DNA of 64,000 bases, taken from the IMG/VR virus record IMGVR_UViG_3300031857_000009; one strand, given 5' to 3'. How positions within the stretch are numbered: the first letter of the stretch is position 1; every line of letters starts with the position of its first letter. This DNA is from a virus. Taxonomy: Duplodnaviria; Heunggongvirae; Uroviricota; Caudoviricetes. Positions 27,062-38,600 of the stretch are shown piece by piece. The notes under the pieces are model-generated. The model was not told the origin of the DNA. It made no database searches and saw only the letters and a list, made by a program, of their open reading frames with translations. The translations under genes were made by a program, and so were the position numbers.

Positions 27062-29626
27062 TTAACATCCATCACCAATTGTATACTGAGTAGTTACCGA
27101 ACCAGAAACTACTTCATAAATTACACTTCCAATTTGAAAAAACCCATCAAATGTTGTTGTTAAGTTATTATTCGTGTAGATGGTAACACCTGAATCATAA
27201 ATATTGACCACATTTGGTAATGTGTATAATGTTACACTATACGAACCTGAACACAACACAACCCCACTACAGTAATTTGTACATCCAACCATATTCCATT
27301 CTTGATATGTCGGACTAGGTGTTGGTGTAACTGATGGAGTTTTAGTTGGGGTTGGGGTTTTAGTTAAAGTAGGGGTTGGGGTTGGGGAAACCGCTACCAA
27401 GGATGAACCACAAATTTCGTATAGAGCATTATCATTTATACCATATATTGTATTTGTCGGTACATACAAAGGTTTAGAAATACCGTCACCAATAATTTCA
27501 CTAAATATACCTGTTGTCGGGTCTAGAACACCTAAGAATCCATCTGACAATGTTGAATATCTGCTAATATATAATTTACCGTTATCAGGATTATATATCA
27601 TAGACCTTGTTGAGCCAAAAATCCAAGTTGCTCCCGATATTGAATTTAAAGTAAGTGTGGTGTTTGTTGCAACATCTATTTTGTATACCGTAGACGCACT
27701 AACTAAATAAATAATATTGTTCGTCACATCCAAAGCAATTAAACTTGCTGAGGTGATTGGTAGTGATGTACCATCTAACGAAATAGTATTACCAGAACAA
27801 GAATATATTCTACCACTCTGAGCGAAATATAATTTATTATTATTAGGATTGTAAACAGTCGCTTCAGGGTTTGATAAAGTTATACCTGTAATTTGGTTTG
27901 TAAAAGTATCTGTTGAACCATCTATGACACTAATTTGTGAAACTGAAAAATTTCCACCTGTTTGACTAAATGCATAAATTTTATTTAAAACAGAATTATA
28001 TTCAATTTTTCCTAAACCTGATGTTATTCCCGAAATTGATATTGACGATGTTGTGTTTGTGTTTAAATTTCTTATTAACATTTTAACAGGAAATGATGAT
28101 TCCCAACTGTATAATTTGTTGTTAGTTGAGTTATATCCTAATAATAAACTACTTCCTGACCATGTAAATTCATTTGTTAAACTTGTTGAATTTGGGACAA
28201 AAGATTGTACAACACTTGATGCGTTTAGAACGTATGCTTTGTTATTTGATGATGAATAAACCATACCTTGTCTACCAACGGCAGAATATGAATTCGTTGC
28301 GGCAAGAGTATTTCTAACTGAATCACTACAACCACCTGATGGTGTTGGGGTCAGGGTCGGGGTTACGGTATTAGTAGGTGTTACACTTGGGGTCGCAACT
28401 GGATTACCGGATGGACTTGGTGTTGGGGTTTTTGTTGGGGTCGGGGTTGGAGATACAATAGGTACAGGTAATGTAAAATTCACAGAATTAGTACACGTAC
28501 CAGTACTTTGAACTGTAAATGTTGTTATTGAATAACACACAAGTGCGGTATACCCAGATAATAATTGAGATGTTGTCACACCAGTTGCAATTAATACTAT
28601 AGTTCCTCCTGTTGTTGTTCCCGAAATATTATAAGGTCCGGCTTGCGTTAAAAAATAAATTGGGTGTAATGAGAATGTATATTGAGTACATCCTGTAGGT
28701 ACTAGTGAAGGTGATGGGGTTACTGTGGGTGTTACACTAACAGTTACCGAAGGTGTTAATGAAGGGGTATTTGTGGGTGTATTTGTTGGTGTAACCGAAG
28801 GTGTCGAACCTAACGTACTTGACGGTGTATTTGTGGGTGTATTTGTTGGTGTAACCGAAGGTGTCGGAGTTAGACTTGGAGTTTTTGTTGGAGTTACAGT
28901 ATTTGTTGGGGTTGGGGTTTCGGAAGGAGTTTCGGAAGGAGTTTGTGTTAATGTGGGTGTTGGAGTTGGGGTCACACTCGGACAAACTACAGTACAGAAA
29001 CCATTGAAAGATATCCCTGCATATGGGTAACTCGGGTCGTAACAAACATATGTTGGTGAAAATGAACCACTATGATATACACCACAACAGTCCGTATAAT
29101 ACCAATTTGGTGAATCGGTTATACCTGAGTAACATAAAGTTGGTGTGGGTGTTGGAGTAGGGGTAGGAGTTGGACTTGGTGGTGTTAAACAGTCAATACA
29201 ATTTGTAAAAAGAGCATTTTCAGAAATTAATTGTGCAACAGTATAATTGTAAGTGGTGCTACCAGTGCCTTGTTCATAAACTCCTGTATAGTTGTAACAT
29301 GTACCATCATAAGAAATTGTTGCACCTGTACTTTGGAAATACTGATTAACTTCTGAATTTTTTAAACCAAAGTAAACAAATGCCCCTGGTATTTGGCAAT
29401 GTTCAAATTGCCACCCATTAAAATCGTCGTTACATTGTTCACAGGTTGTATAACCACTAAAAATAACCGTACCTGACGGTCCACCTCCGACATTTCCTGT
29501 TGAAGACCAACATTGGTAATCAGCAAAAATCGTGTCACCCGATAATACTAAACTGTCATCGACGACAAAATCATAGTATGACGCTGGGTCTAAACAATTT
29601 TGAAATGTTATTATTTGTGCTGGCAT
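27062..29626 (-). CDS. Modular protein: Cys-rich modules, TP linkers and a 7-blade YncE/YVTN-like beta-propeller
   Basis: Seven repeats of the (Y/D)NxxNNKLY type (e.g. LGYNSTNNKLY, TVYNPNNNKLY, MIYNPDNGKLY); VIDGSTDT. Confidence 0.75.
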   Translation of the reverse strand: MPAQIITFQNCLDPASYYDFVVDDSLVLSGDTIFADYQCWSSTGNVGGGPSGTVIFSGYTTCEQCNDDFNGWQFEHCQIPGAFVYFGLKNSEVNQYFQSTGATISYDGTCYNYTGVYEQGTGSTTYNYTVAQLISENALFTNCIDCLTPPSPTPTPTPTPTPTLCYSGITDSPNWYYTDCCGVYHSGSFSPTYVCYDPSYPYAGISFNGFCTVVCPSVTPTPTPTLTQTPSETPSETPTPTNTVTPTKTPSLTPTPSVTPTNTPTNTPSSTLGSTPSVTPTNTPTNTPSLTPSVTVSVTPTVTPSPSLVPTGCTQYTFSLHPIYFLTQAGPYNISGTTTGGTIVLIATGVTTSQLLSGYTALVCYSITTFTVQSTGTCTNSVNFTLPVPIVSPTPTPTKTPTPSPSGNPVATPSVTPTNTVTPTLTPTPSGGCSDSVRNTLAATNSYSAVGRQGMVYSSSNNKAYVLNASSVVQSFVPNSTSLTNEFTWSGSSLLLGYNSTNNKLYSWESSFPVKMLIRNLNTNTTSSISISGITSGLGKIEYNSVLNKIYAFSQTGGNFSVSQISVIDGSTDTFTNQITGITLSNPEATVYNPNNNKLYFAQSGRIYSCSGNTISLDGTSLPITSASLIALDVTNNIIYLVSASTVYKIDVATNTTLTLNSISGATWIFGSTRSMIYNPDNGKLYISRYSTLSDGFLGVLDPTTGIFSEIIGDGISKPLYVPTNTIYGINDNALYEICGSSLVAVSPTPTPTLTKTPTPTKTPSVTPTPSPTYQEWNMVGCTNYCSGVVLCSGSYSVTLYTLPNVVNIYDSGVTIYTNNNLTTTFDGFFQIGSVIYEVVSGSVTTQYTIGDGC

Positions 29627-29670
29627 TTATTACTATTCTTTCTATAAATACTTAAATCATTATTTTATCA

Positions 29671-32600
29671 TTAACATGCTTCTCCACAAAATGTGTTACA
29701 ATAATCACCACAACCAGTACCGTATGTATATTGCGAAGTATATATTGGTGGTACGAAGTTTCCTCTAAACAATATAAACACATTTGTCACTCTCATAAGA
29801 CAAACGCTATAATTACCAGGGGCGTTATAACCTTGTGTTGTGAATGTACCATCACAACATTGGTATGCAAAGTATACTTGATTATCATCTGAGGCTGTTA
29901 AATCATTAATATCAACAAAAAAGTCTGTACACAAACAATCACCACAAGCACCATCATACGTTATCTCCCCACCATAAGGACCTAATACACTTGGAATACT
30001 ACATGAACATATCTCAATTGTACCACTTGCTGGGTACACATTTGGGTCAAGTATTTCTGTGGGTGTTCCTCCACCGCAACAAGTGGTATAGTTAACTATA
30101 TTACCAGGTCCTAATCCTGTAATAATATATGACTCACAAACACATGGTGGAGTTGGGGTTGGGGTCGGAGTTGGAGTTGGGGTTGGGGTTGATGACGGAT
30201 TTGAAACCGGAGATGGTGTTGGAGTGTTTGTTGGAGTGTTTGTTGGAGTTACAGTCTTGGTTGGTGTATTTGTAGGAGTATTGGTTGGTGTTAAAGTTGG
30301 AGTAACTGTCCTTGTTGGAGTATTTGTAGGGGTAAAGGTTGGAGTTACAGTCTTGGTTGGAGTATTTGTAGGGGTAAAGGTTGGAGTTACAGTCTTGGTT
30401 GGTGTATTTGTAGGGGTAAAGGTTGGAGTTACAGTCTTGGTTGGTGTATTTGTAGGAGTATTGGTTGGTGTTAAAGTTGGAGTAACTGTCCTTGTTGGTG
30501 TATTTGTCGGTGTTTTTGTTGGGGTTAAAGTTGGTGTAACTGTTGGTGTAACTGTTGGGGTTGGTGAAGGACAAGGGTGATAAGTTTCACATTCAGTACA
30601 TGTATTGTATGTACCATACGCAGTGATTGCGGAACCAGGTACTCCTGGTCCGACTGAGTTTGTAACAAAATAACAACAACCATTAATTGATATATAACGG
30701 TTTACTAAAAGATTTGGGTTAAATCCATTTTGACAACCAAATTGAATTGTATATTGTCCTGTTGTACCACAACATCCACATCTTTGTAAATCGAAAATCC
30801 AAGTGGCGCATGGGTTAGCTCCAATACATGTTTCACATGTATCAACACTAAATGATGATGGTGGATAATACCCGTCAACCCCACTAAAGTTTGGTGGTGA
30901 GTAGGTTTGACTATAACCTTCAACAAAATAACAACATCCATTTATAACAATAGTTTGACCTTGTGAAATACCGCTTTGAACATAGGTCAAATTAGTTGTT
31001 ATACTTAAATAAGAAATAGTATTACCTAAAATACCACCATCACAACATGGTAATAAATAAACATAACCAACCTGTAAGGATGGTGATGGTGTTACTGTGC
31101 TTGTTGGTGTTAATGTAGGAGTTAAAGTTGGTGTAACTGTTTTTGTTGGTGTATTGGTAGGGGTTACGGATGGTGTTCTCGTAGGAGTAACACTATTGGT
31201 TGGGGTGTTAGTCGGGGTTAAAGTTGGTGTAACTGTTCTTGTTGGTGTATTGGTAGGGGTTACCGTAGGGCTAACAGTGGCGGCTGGAGTTCTTGTTGGA
31301 GTAACAGTATTTGTTGGGGTATTGGTTGGTGTGAGAGTTGGTGTAACTGTTCTTGTTGGTGTATTGGTAGGGGTTACCGTATTCGTAGGTGTAACAGTTC
31401 TGGTTGGTGTTGGTGTCGGGGTTGGTGATGGACAAAAATTTAGAGTTTCTCCTAAACATTGTGCACAACTTGTCTGAACAGTAGTGTAAATCGTACCTCC
31501 AGGTCCTACCTGTTGCACATACGTTGCACATAACTGAATGTCTTGTAAATAAAATACCGTACCTAACAATGTACCTAATGGTACTTGACCATAATAAACA
31601 TTGGTGTCACCAGGACAACATGATTCAAATCTAGCAGCAACATACTGAGGACTAGCCGTTGGGGTTACTGTTTTGGTTGGTGTCAATGTTGGTGTAACAG
31701 TATTTGTTGGAGTGTTAGTTGGTGTTACGGTTGGACTAACTGTGGCAGCCGGTGTTCTTGTTGGTGTAACAGTATTTGTTGGGGTATTTGTTGGAGTTAC
31801 CGTAGGACTAACAGTGGCTGCTGGAGTTCTTGTTGGGGTATTGGTTGGGGTAACAGTATTTGTGGGGGTTACTGTGTTCGTTGGGGTATTGGTAGGTGTA
31901 TTTGTTGGTGTTAATGTTGGACTAACAGTAGCCGCTGGTGTTCTTGTTGGTGTAACAGTATTTGTTGGGGTATTTGTTGGAGTTACCGTATTTGTTGGAG
32001 TATTAGTTGGGGTGTTAGTTGGTGTTACAGTGTTGGTTGGTGTATTAGTTGGAGTTAAAGTTGGTGTAACTGTTCTTGTTGGTGTATTGGTAGGTGTAAC
32101 TGTATTCGTAGGGGTGACTGTATTAGTTGGAGTGTTGGTTGGAGTATTAGTTGGAGTTAAGGTTGGACTAACAGTGGCAGCTGGTGTTCTTGTCGGGGTT
32201 ACGGTATTAGTAGGGGTATTGGTTGGAGTTACCGTATTTGTTGGAGTATTAGTTGGGGTGTTGGTTGGAGTAACAGTGTTGGTTGGGGTGTTAGTAGGGG
32301 TGTTGGTCGGTGTAACTGTATTTGTTGGAGTAACAGTATTAGTAGGTGTGTTTGTTGGTGTGTTAGTCGGTGTTAATGTTGGACTAACAGTAGCCGCTGG
32401 TGTTCTCGTAGGAGTTACAGTATTGGTAGGAGTATTGGTAGGAGTAACGGTGTTTGTTGGGGTGTTTGTAGGAGTATTGGTTGGTGTTACAGTATTGGTT
32501 GGAGTATTGGTTGGTGTAAAAGTTGGTGTAACAGTTTTTGTTGGTGTATTAGTAGGAGTATTGGTCGGTGTGACAGTGTTGGTTGGTGTTACTGTATTTG

Positions 32601-35600
32601 TTGGAGTATTGGTTGGGGTATTGGTTGGTGTAAGGGTAGGACTAACAGTGGCTGCCGGAGTTCTTGTTGGAGTAACAGTATTGGTTGGGGTATTGGTTGG
32701 TGTAACAGTATTAGTCGGCGTATTGGTTGGAGTATTTGTTGGTGTGACTGTATTCGTTGGAGTGTTAGTAGGTGTAAAAGTTGGTGTGACGGTTCTTGTT
32801 GGTGTATTGGTTGGTGTAACGGTATTGGTTGGGGTGTTTGTGGGTGTAAGGGTAGGACTAACAGTGGCGGCCGGAGTTCTTGTTGGAGTCACTGTATTGG
32901 TCGGTGTGTTGGTGGGTGTGACTGTGTTAGTAGGTGTATTTGTAGGTGTATTAGTTGGTGTGACTGTATTTGTTGGAGTGTTTGTTGGGGTGTTTGTGGG
33001 TGTAACAGTATTAGTAGGAGTATTGGTTGGTGTTACAGTTTTGGTTGGAGTGTTAGTAGGTGTAACAGTATTAGTAGGTGTATTGGTAGGTGTATTGGTT
33101 GGTGTAACAGTATTCGTAGGAGTATTTGTTGGAGTATTTGTTGGACTAACAGTAGCTGCTGGTGTTCTTGTTGGTGTAACAGTATTAGTAGGAGTATTTG
33201 TTGGTGTAACAGTATTGGTTGGAGTATTAGTAGGTGTATTGGTTGGTGTAACGGTATTGGTTGGGGTGTTTGTGGGTGTGTTAGTCGGAGTTACTGTATT
33301 GGTTGGTGTGAACGTAGGTGTAACCGTTTTAGTTGGTGTGTTGGTTGGTGTAACAGTATTAGTAGGTGTATTGGTAGGTGTATTGGTTGGTGTAACAGTA
33401 TTCGTAGGAGTATTTGTTGGAGTATTTGTTGGACTAACAGTAGCTGCTGGTGTTCTTGTTGGGGTTACGGTATTAGTTGGGGTTACAGTGTTAGTCGGAG
33501 TGTTAGTTGGTGTATTCGTTGGTGTAACGGTATTTGTTGGGGTGTTAGTTGGTGTATTTGTTGGTGTTACTGTATTGGTAGGAGTATTTGTAGGACTCAA
33601 TGTAGGTGTAACTGTATTGGTCGGTGTTAAAGTTGGTGTAACTGTCTTTGTTGGTGTATTAGTAGGTGTCTGAGTTGGTGTAACTGTATTAGTCGGAGTA
33701 TTAGTAGGCGTAACAGTGTTTGTTGGAGTATTGGTTGGGGTATTTGTAGGAGTTACCGTATTGGTTGGGGTGTTTGTAGGAGTATTGGTAGGGGTGACAG
33801 TCTTGGTTGGAGTATTTGTGGGGGTAACAGTATTTGTTGGGGTAACCGTATTAGTTGGTGTGTTGGTTGGAGTATTTGTTGGGGTTAGAGTTGGTGTAAC
33901 AGTTTTTGTTGGTGTATTAGTTGGAGTAACGGTATTTGTTGGGGTATTGGTTGGGGTATTTGTAGGAGTTACCGTATTAGTCGGGGTATTAGTAGGCGTA
34001 ACAGTGTTTGTTGGAGTATTGGTTGGGGTGTTTGTAGGAGTTAAGGTAGGTGTAACAGTCTTGGTTGGGGTGTTGGTTGGTGTAACTGTATTAGTAGGTG
34101 TGTTAGTTGGTGTAACTGTATTAGTAGGTGTATTTGTTGGAGTATTTGTTGGGGTAACAGTATTCGTAGGAGTATTGGTCGGTGTTAATGTAGGAGTAAC
34201 AGTTCTTGTTGGAGTATTTGTTGGGGTAACAGTATTCGTAGGAGTATTAGTAGGTGTTAATGTAGGTGTAACAGTCTTGGTCGGAGTGTTTGTAGGAGTA
34301 TTTGTTGGTGTAACAGTGTTTGTTGGTGTTACCGTGTTTGTAGGAGTATTGGTAGGAGTGTTCGTTGGAGTATTGGTTGGTGTTAATGTAGGTGTAACAG
34401 TATTAGTAGGTGTTAATGTAGGTGTAACAGTCTTGGTTGGGGTGTTTGTAGGAGTATTTGTTGGTGTAACGGTGTTCGTAGGGGTAACTGTAGGACTCAA
34501 TGTAGGGGTTACAGTATTGGTCGGAGTATTAGTAGGTGTTAATGTAGGTGTAACAGTCTTGGTTGGTGTATTGGTTGGGGTAACCGTGTTAGTTGGTGTG
34601 TTGGTGGGTGTTACTGTATTAGTAGGAGTAACTGTAGGACTCAATGTAGGAGTTACAGTCTTGGTTGGTGTATTAGTGGGTGTGTTTGTTGGTGTAACAG
34701 TATTGGTTGGGGTAACCGTGTTAGTTGGTGTGTTGGTTGGAGTATTTGTTGGGGTATTGGTTGGGGTGACTGTCTTAGTCGGTGTATTAGTTGGGGTTAC
34801 TGTATTTGTTGGTGTAACCGTATTTGTTGGTGTATTTGTGGGTGTATTGGTTGGAGTTAAAGTTGGTGTTACAGTTTTTGTTGGTGTGTTGGTCGGTGTA
34901 ACTGTATTTGTTGGTGTATTTGTGGGTGTATTGGTCGGTGTAACTGTATTTGTTGGAGTATTTGTTGGGGTGTTAGTGGGTGTAACAGTATTAGTAGGAG
35001 TATTTGTGGGCGTATTGGTCGGTGTAACTGTATTTGTCGGAGTATTGGTTGGGGTATTTGTTGGTGTAACGGTGTTCGTAGGGGTAACTGTAGGACTCAA
35101 TGTAGGGGTTACAGTGTTTGTAGGAGTGTTTGTGGGAGTGTTGGTTGGGGTAACTGTATTAGTAGGAGTAACTGTAGGGGTGACAGTTTTAGTAGGTGTA
35201 TTAGTTGGAGTATTGGTAGGGGTTACAGTATTAGTAGGGGTATTTGTAGGAGTTAATGTAGGAGTTACAGTCTTGGTTGGGGTATTTGTTGGTGTAACGG
35301 TGTTCGTAGGGGTAACTGTAGGACTCAATGTGGGAGTCACCGTATTGGTCGGAGTATTGGTGGGGGTTACTGTATTAGTAGGAGTATTAGTAGGAGTATT
35401 GGTTGGGGTTACCGTGTTGGTCGGAGTTAAAGTTGGTGTAACAGTTTTTGTTGGTGTATTGGTTGGAGTTACAGTGTTCGTAGGGGTATTTGTTGGTGTT
35501 AGAGTTGGTGTAACAGTTTTTGTTGGTGTATTAGTAGGAGTTACGGTGTTAGTTGGAGTGTTGGTAGGTGTGTTAGTTGGTGTTACAGTGTTGGTTGGTG

Positions 35601-38600
35601 TATTAGTAGGTGTCTGAGTTGGTGTAACTGTCTTGGTTGGGGTATTAGTTGGCGTTACAGTATTGGTTGGGGTTACCGTATTTGTAGGAGTTACGGTATT
35701 GGTTGGAGTAACAGTATTAGTCGGCGTTACTGTGTTAGTTGGGGTGTTAGTGGGGGTAACAGTATTAGTAGGAGTAACGGAATTCGTGGGAGTGTTTGTA
35801 GGAGTGTTTGTTGGTGTTAATGTAGGTGTTACGGTTTTTGTTGGTGTATTGGTTGGGGTTACTGTATTTGTAGGAGTATTTGTAGGAGTTAAGGTAGGTG
35901 TAACAGTATTGGTTGGGGTATTGGTAGGTGTGTTGGTCGGGGTGACTGTGTTAGTTGGTGTAACTGTATTAGTTGGTGTATTCGTAGGGGTTTGAGTTGG
36001 TGTAACAGTATTGGTTGGGGTATTTGTTGGAGTTAAAGTTGGTGTGACAGTTTTTGTTGGTGTATTGGTAGGAGTTACGGTATTTGTAGGAGTATTAGTC
36101 GGTGTCTGAGTTGGTGTTACGGTGTTTGTTGGAGTATTGGTTGGAGTTAATGTAGGTGTTACAGTCTTGGTTGGTGTATTAGTTGGTGTTACAGTATTAG
36201 TAGGTGTAACAGTATTAGTAGGTGTAACAGTGTTTGTAGGTGTAACGGTATTGGTGGGAGTCACCGTATTAGTTGGTGTGTTAGTTGGGGTTACGGTGTT
36301 GGTTGGAGTAACGGTATTTGTTGGGGTGTTTGTAGGAGTGTTTGTTGGTGTTAATGTAGGTGTTACGGTTTTTGTTGGTGTATTGGTTGGTGTAACAGTA
36401 TTTGTTGGTGTGTTGGTGGGTGTGTTGGTGGGTGTTACAGTATTAGTTGGGGTATTAGTAGGACTCAATGTTGGGGTAACAGTATTCGTTGGTGTTACAG
36501 TATTGGTTGGAGTGTTTGTTGGGGTATTTGTTGGGGTTACGGTATTAGTAGGGGTATTGGTTGGAGTTAATGTAGGAGTAACAGTCTTGGTTGGTGTATT
36601 AGTTGGCGTAACAGTGTTTGTTGGGGTGTTAGTTGGGGTATTTGTAGGGGTTACCGTATTGGTCGGAGTGTTGGTTGGTGTTAATGTAGGAGTAACAGTC
36701 TTGGTTGGAGTGTTTGTTGGGGTAACAGTATTGGTTGGAGTCACTGTATTAGTTGGTGTGTTGGTCGGTGTATTTGTTGGGGTTAAAGTTGGTGTGACAG
36801 TTTTTGTTGGTGTATTGGTTGGGGTTACTGTGTTAGTAGGAGTGTTTGTAGGTGTATTAGTAGGGGTATTAGTATTAGTCGGGGTATTGGTCGGTGTAAC
36901 TGTATTCGTTGGAGTAACGGTAGGAGTTAATGTAGGAGTAACAGTCTTGGTTGGTGTATTAGTAGGTGTGTTAGTAGGGGTTACCGTATTGGTTGGGGTG
37001 TTAGTCGGGGTAACTGTGTTAGTTGGTGTGTTAGTTGGTGTGTTGGTCGGAGTTACCGTATTTGTTGGAGTATTTGTAGGGGTTAAGGTAGGCGTAACAG
37101 TTCTTGTTGGAGTATTGGTCGGTGTAACTGTATTCGTTGGAGTTACAGTGTTAGTGGGGGTTACGGTATTGGTCGGCGTTACAGTGTTAGTCGGTGTTAC
37201 CGTATTAGTTGGAGTATTTGTTGGCGTAACAGTGTTTGTTGGAGTTACAGTGTTTGTGGGGGTATTGGTTGGAGTATTGGTGGGAGTCTGAGTTGGGGTG
37301 ACTGTCTTAGTTGGGGTATTGGTCGGGGTAACTGTGTTGGTTGGAGTAACGGTATTTGTTGGGGTATTGGTCGGGGTATTGGTTGGAGTTAAAGTTGGCG
37401 TAACAGTGTTTGTTGGTGTATTGGTAGGTGTTACAGTATTAGTTGGGGTATTGGTTGGAGTTAAAGTTGGTGTAACAGTTTTTGTTGGTGTATTAGTTGG
37501 CGTTACAGTATTAGTTGGTGTGTTAGTTGGTGTGTTTGTTGGGGTTACCGTATTGGTCGGAGTTACCGTAGGACTCAATGTAGGAGTTACAGTATTAGTT
37601 GGTGTGTTGGTTGGTGTGACTGTATTCGTTGGAGTGTTAGTAGGTGTCTGAGTTGGGGTAACAGTATTTGTTGGAGTATTGGTAGGAGTATTGGTAGGGG
37701 TTACAGTATTGGTAGGAGTATTGGTAGGGGTTACAGTATTGGTAGGAGTATTCGTTGGGGTTAGAGTTGGTGTAACAGTTTTGGTAGGAGTATTAGTAGG
37801 GGTTACAGTATTTGTAGGAGTTACCGTAGGACTCAATGTGGGAGTCACCGTATTAGTTGGTGTATTGGTTGGGGTTACGGTGTTGGTTGGAGTGTTTGTA
37901 GGTGTATTAGTTGGAGTAACAGTATTTGTAGGTGTATTAGTCGGGGTATTGGTTGGTGTTACGGTGTTGGTTGGGGTTAAAGTTGGTGTGACAGTTTTTG
38001 TTGGTGTATTGGTTGGCGTAACAGTGTTTGTCGGAGTATTAGTTGGGGTGTTGGTTGGTGTATTAGTTGGAGTTACAGTGTTGGTTGGAGTGTTAGTTGG
38101 TGTTACGGTATTGGTTGGGGTTACTGTGTTTGTAGGAGTATTGGTCGGTGTATTCGTTGGGGTTAGAGTTGGTGTAACAGTTTTGGTAGGAGTATTAGTA
38201 GGAGTTATAGTATTCGTTGGTGTGTTGGTCGGTGTAACAGTATTAGTTGGGGTGTTGGTTGGGGTGTTGGTTGGAGTAACAGTATTAGTTGGAGTATTAG
38301 TTGGGGTGTTGGTTGGAGTAACAGTGTTTGTTGGGGTTACCGTAGGGCTCAATGTGGGAGTTACAGTTTTAGTAGGGGTGTTTGTTGGAGTTACGGTGTT
38401 GGTTGGGGTATTGGTTGGTGTGTTAGTTGGTGTAACTGTATTAGTGGGAGTCACTGTAGGGCTCAATGTTGGAGTTACAGTGTTGGTTGGGGTGTTAGTT
38501 GGTGTATTGGTTGGTGTAACTGTATTCGTTGGAGTGTTTGTAGGAGTGTTGGTTGGGGTTACAGTATTAGTTGGTGTGTTGGTTGGAGTTAATGTAGGTG

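Noticed and set aside
22849-31650. Diversity-generating retroelement acting on the Cys modules
   Set aside because: No reverse transcriptase and no near-identical TR/VR pair differing at adenines was seen in the window.
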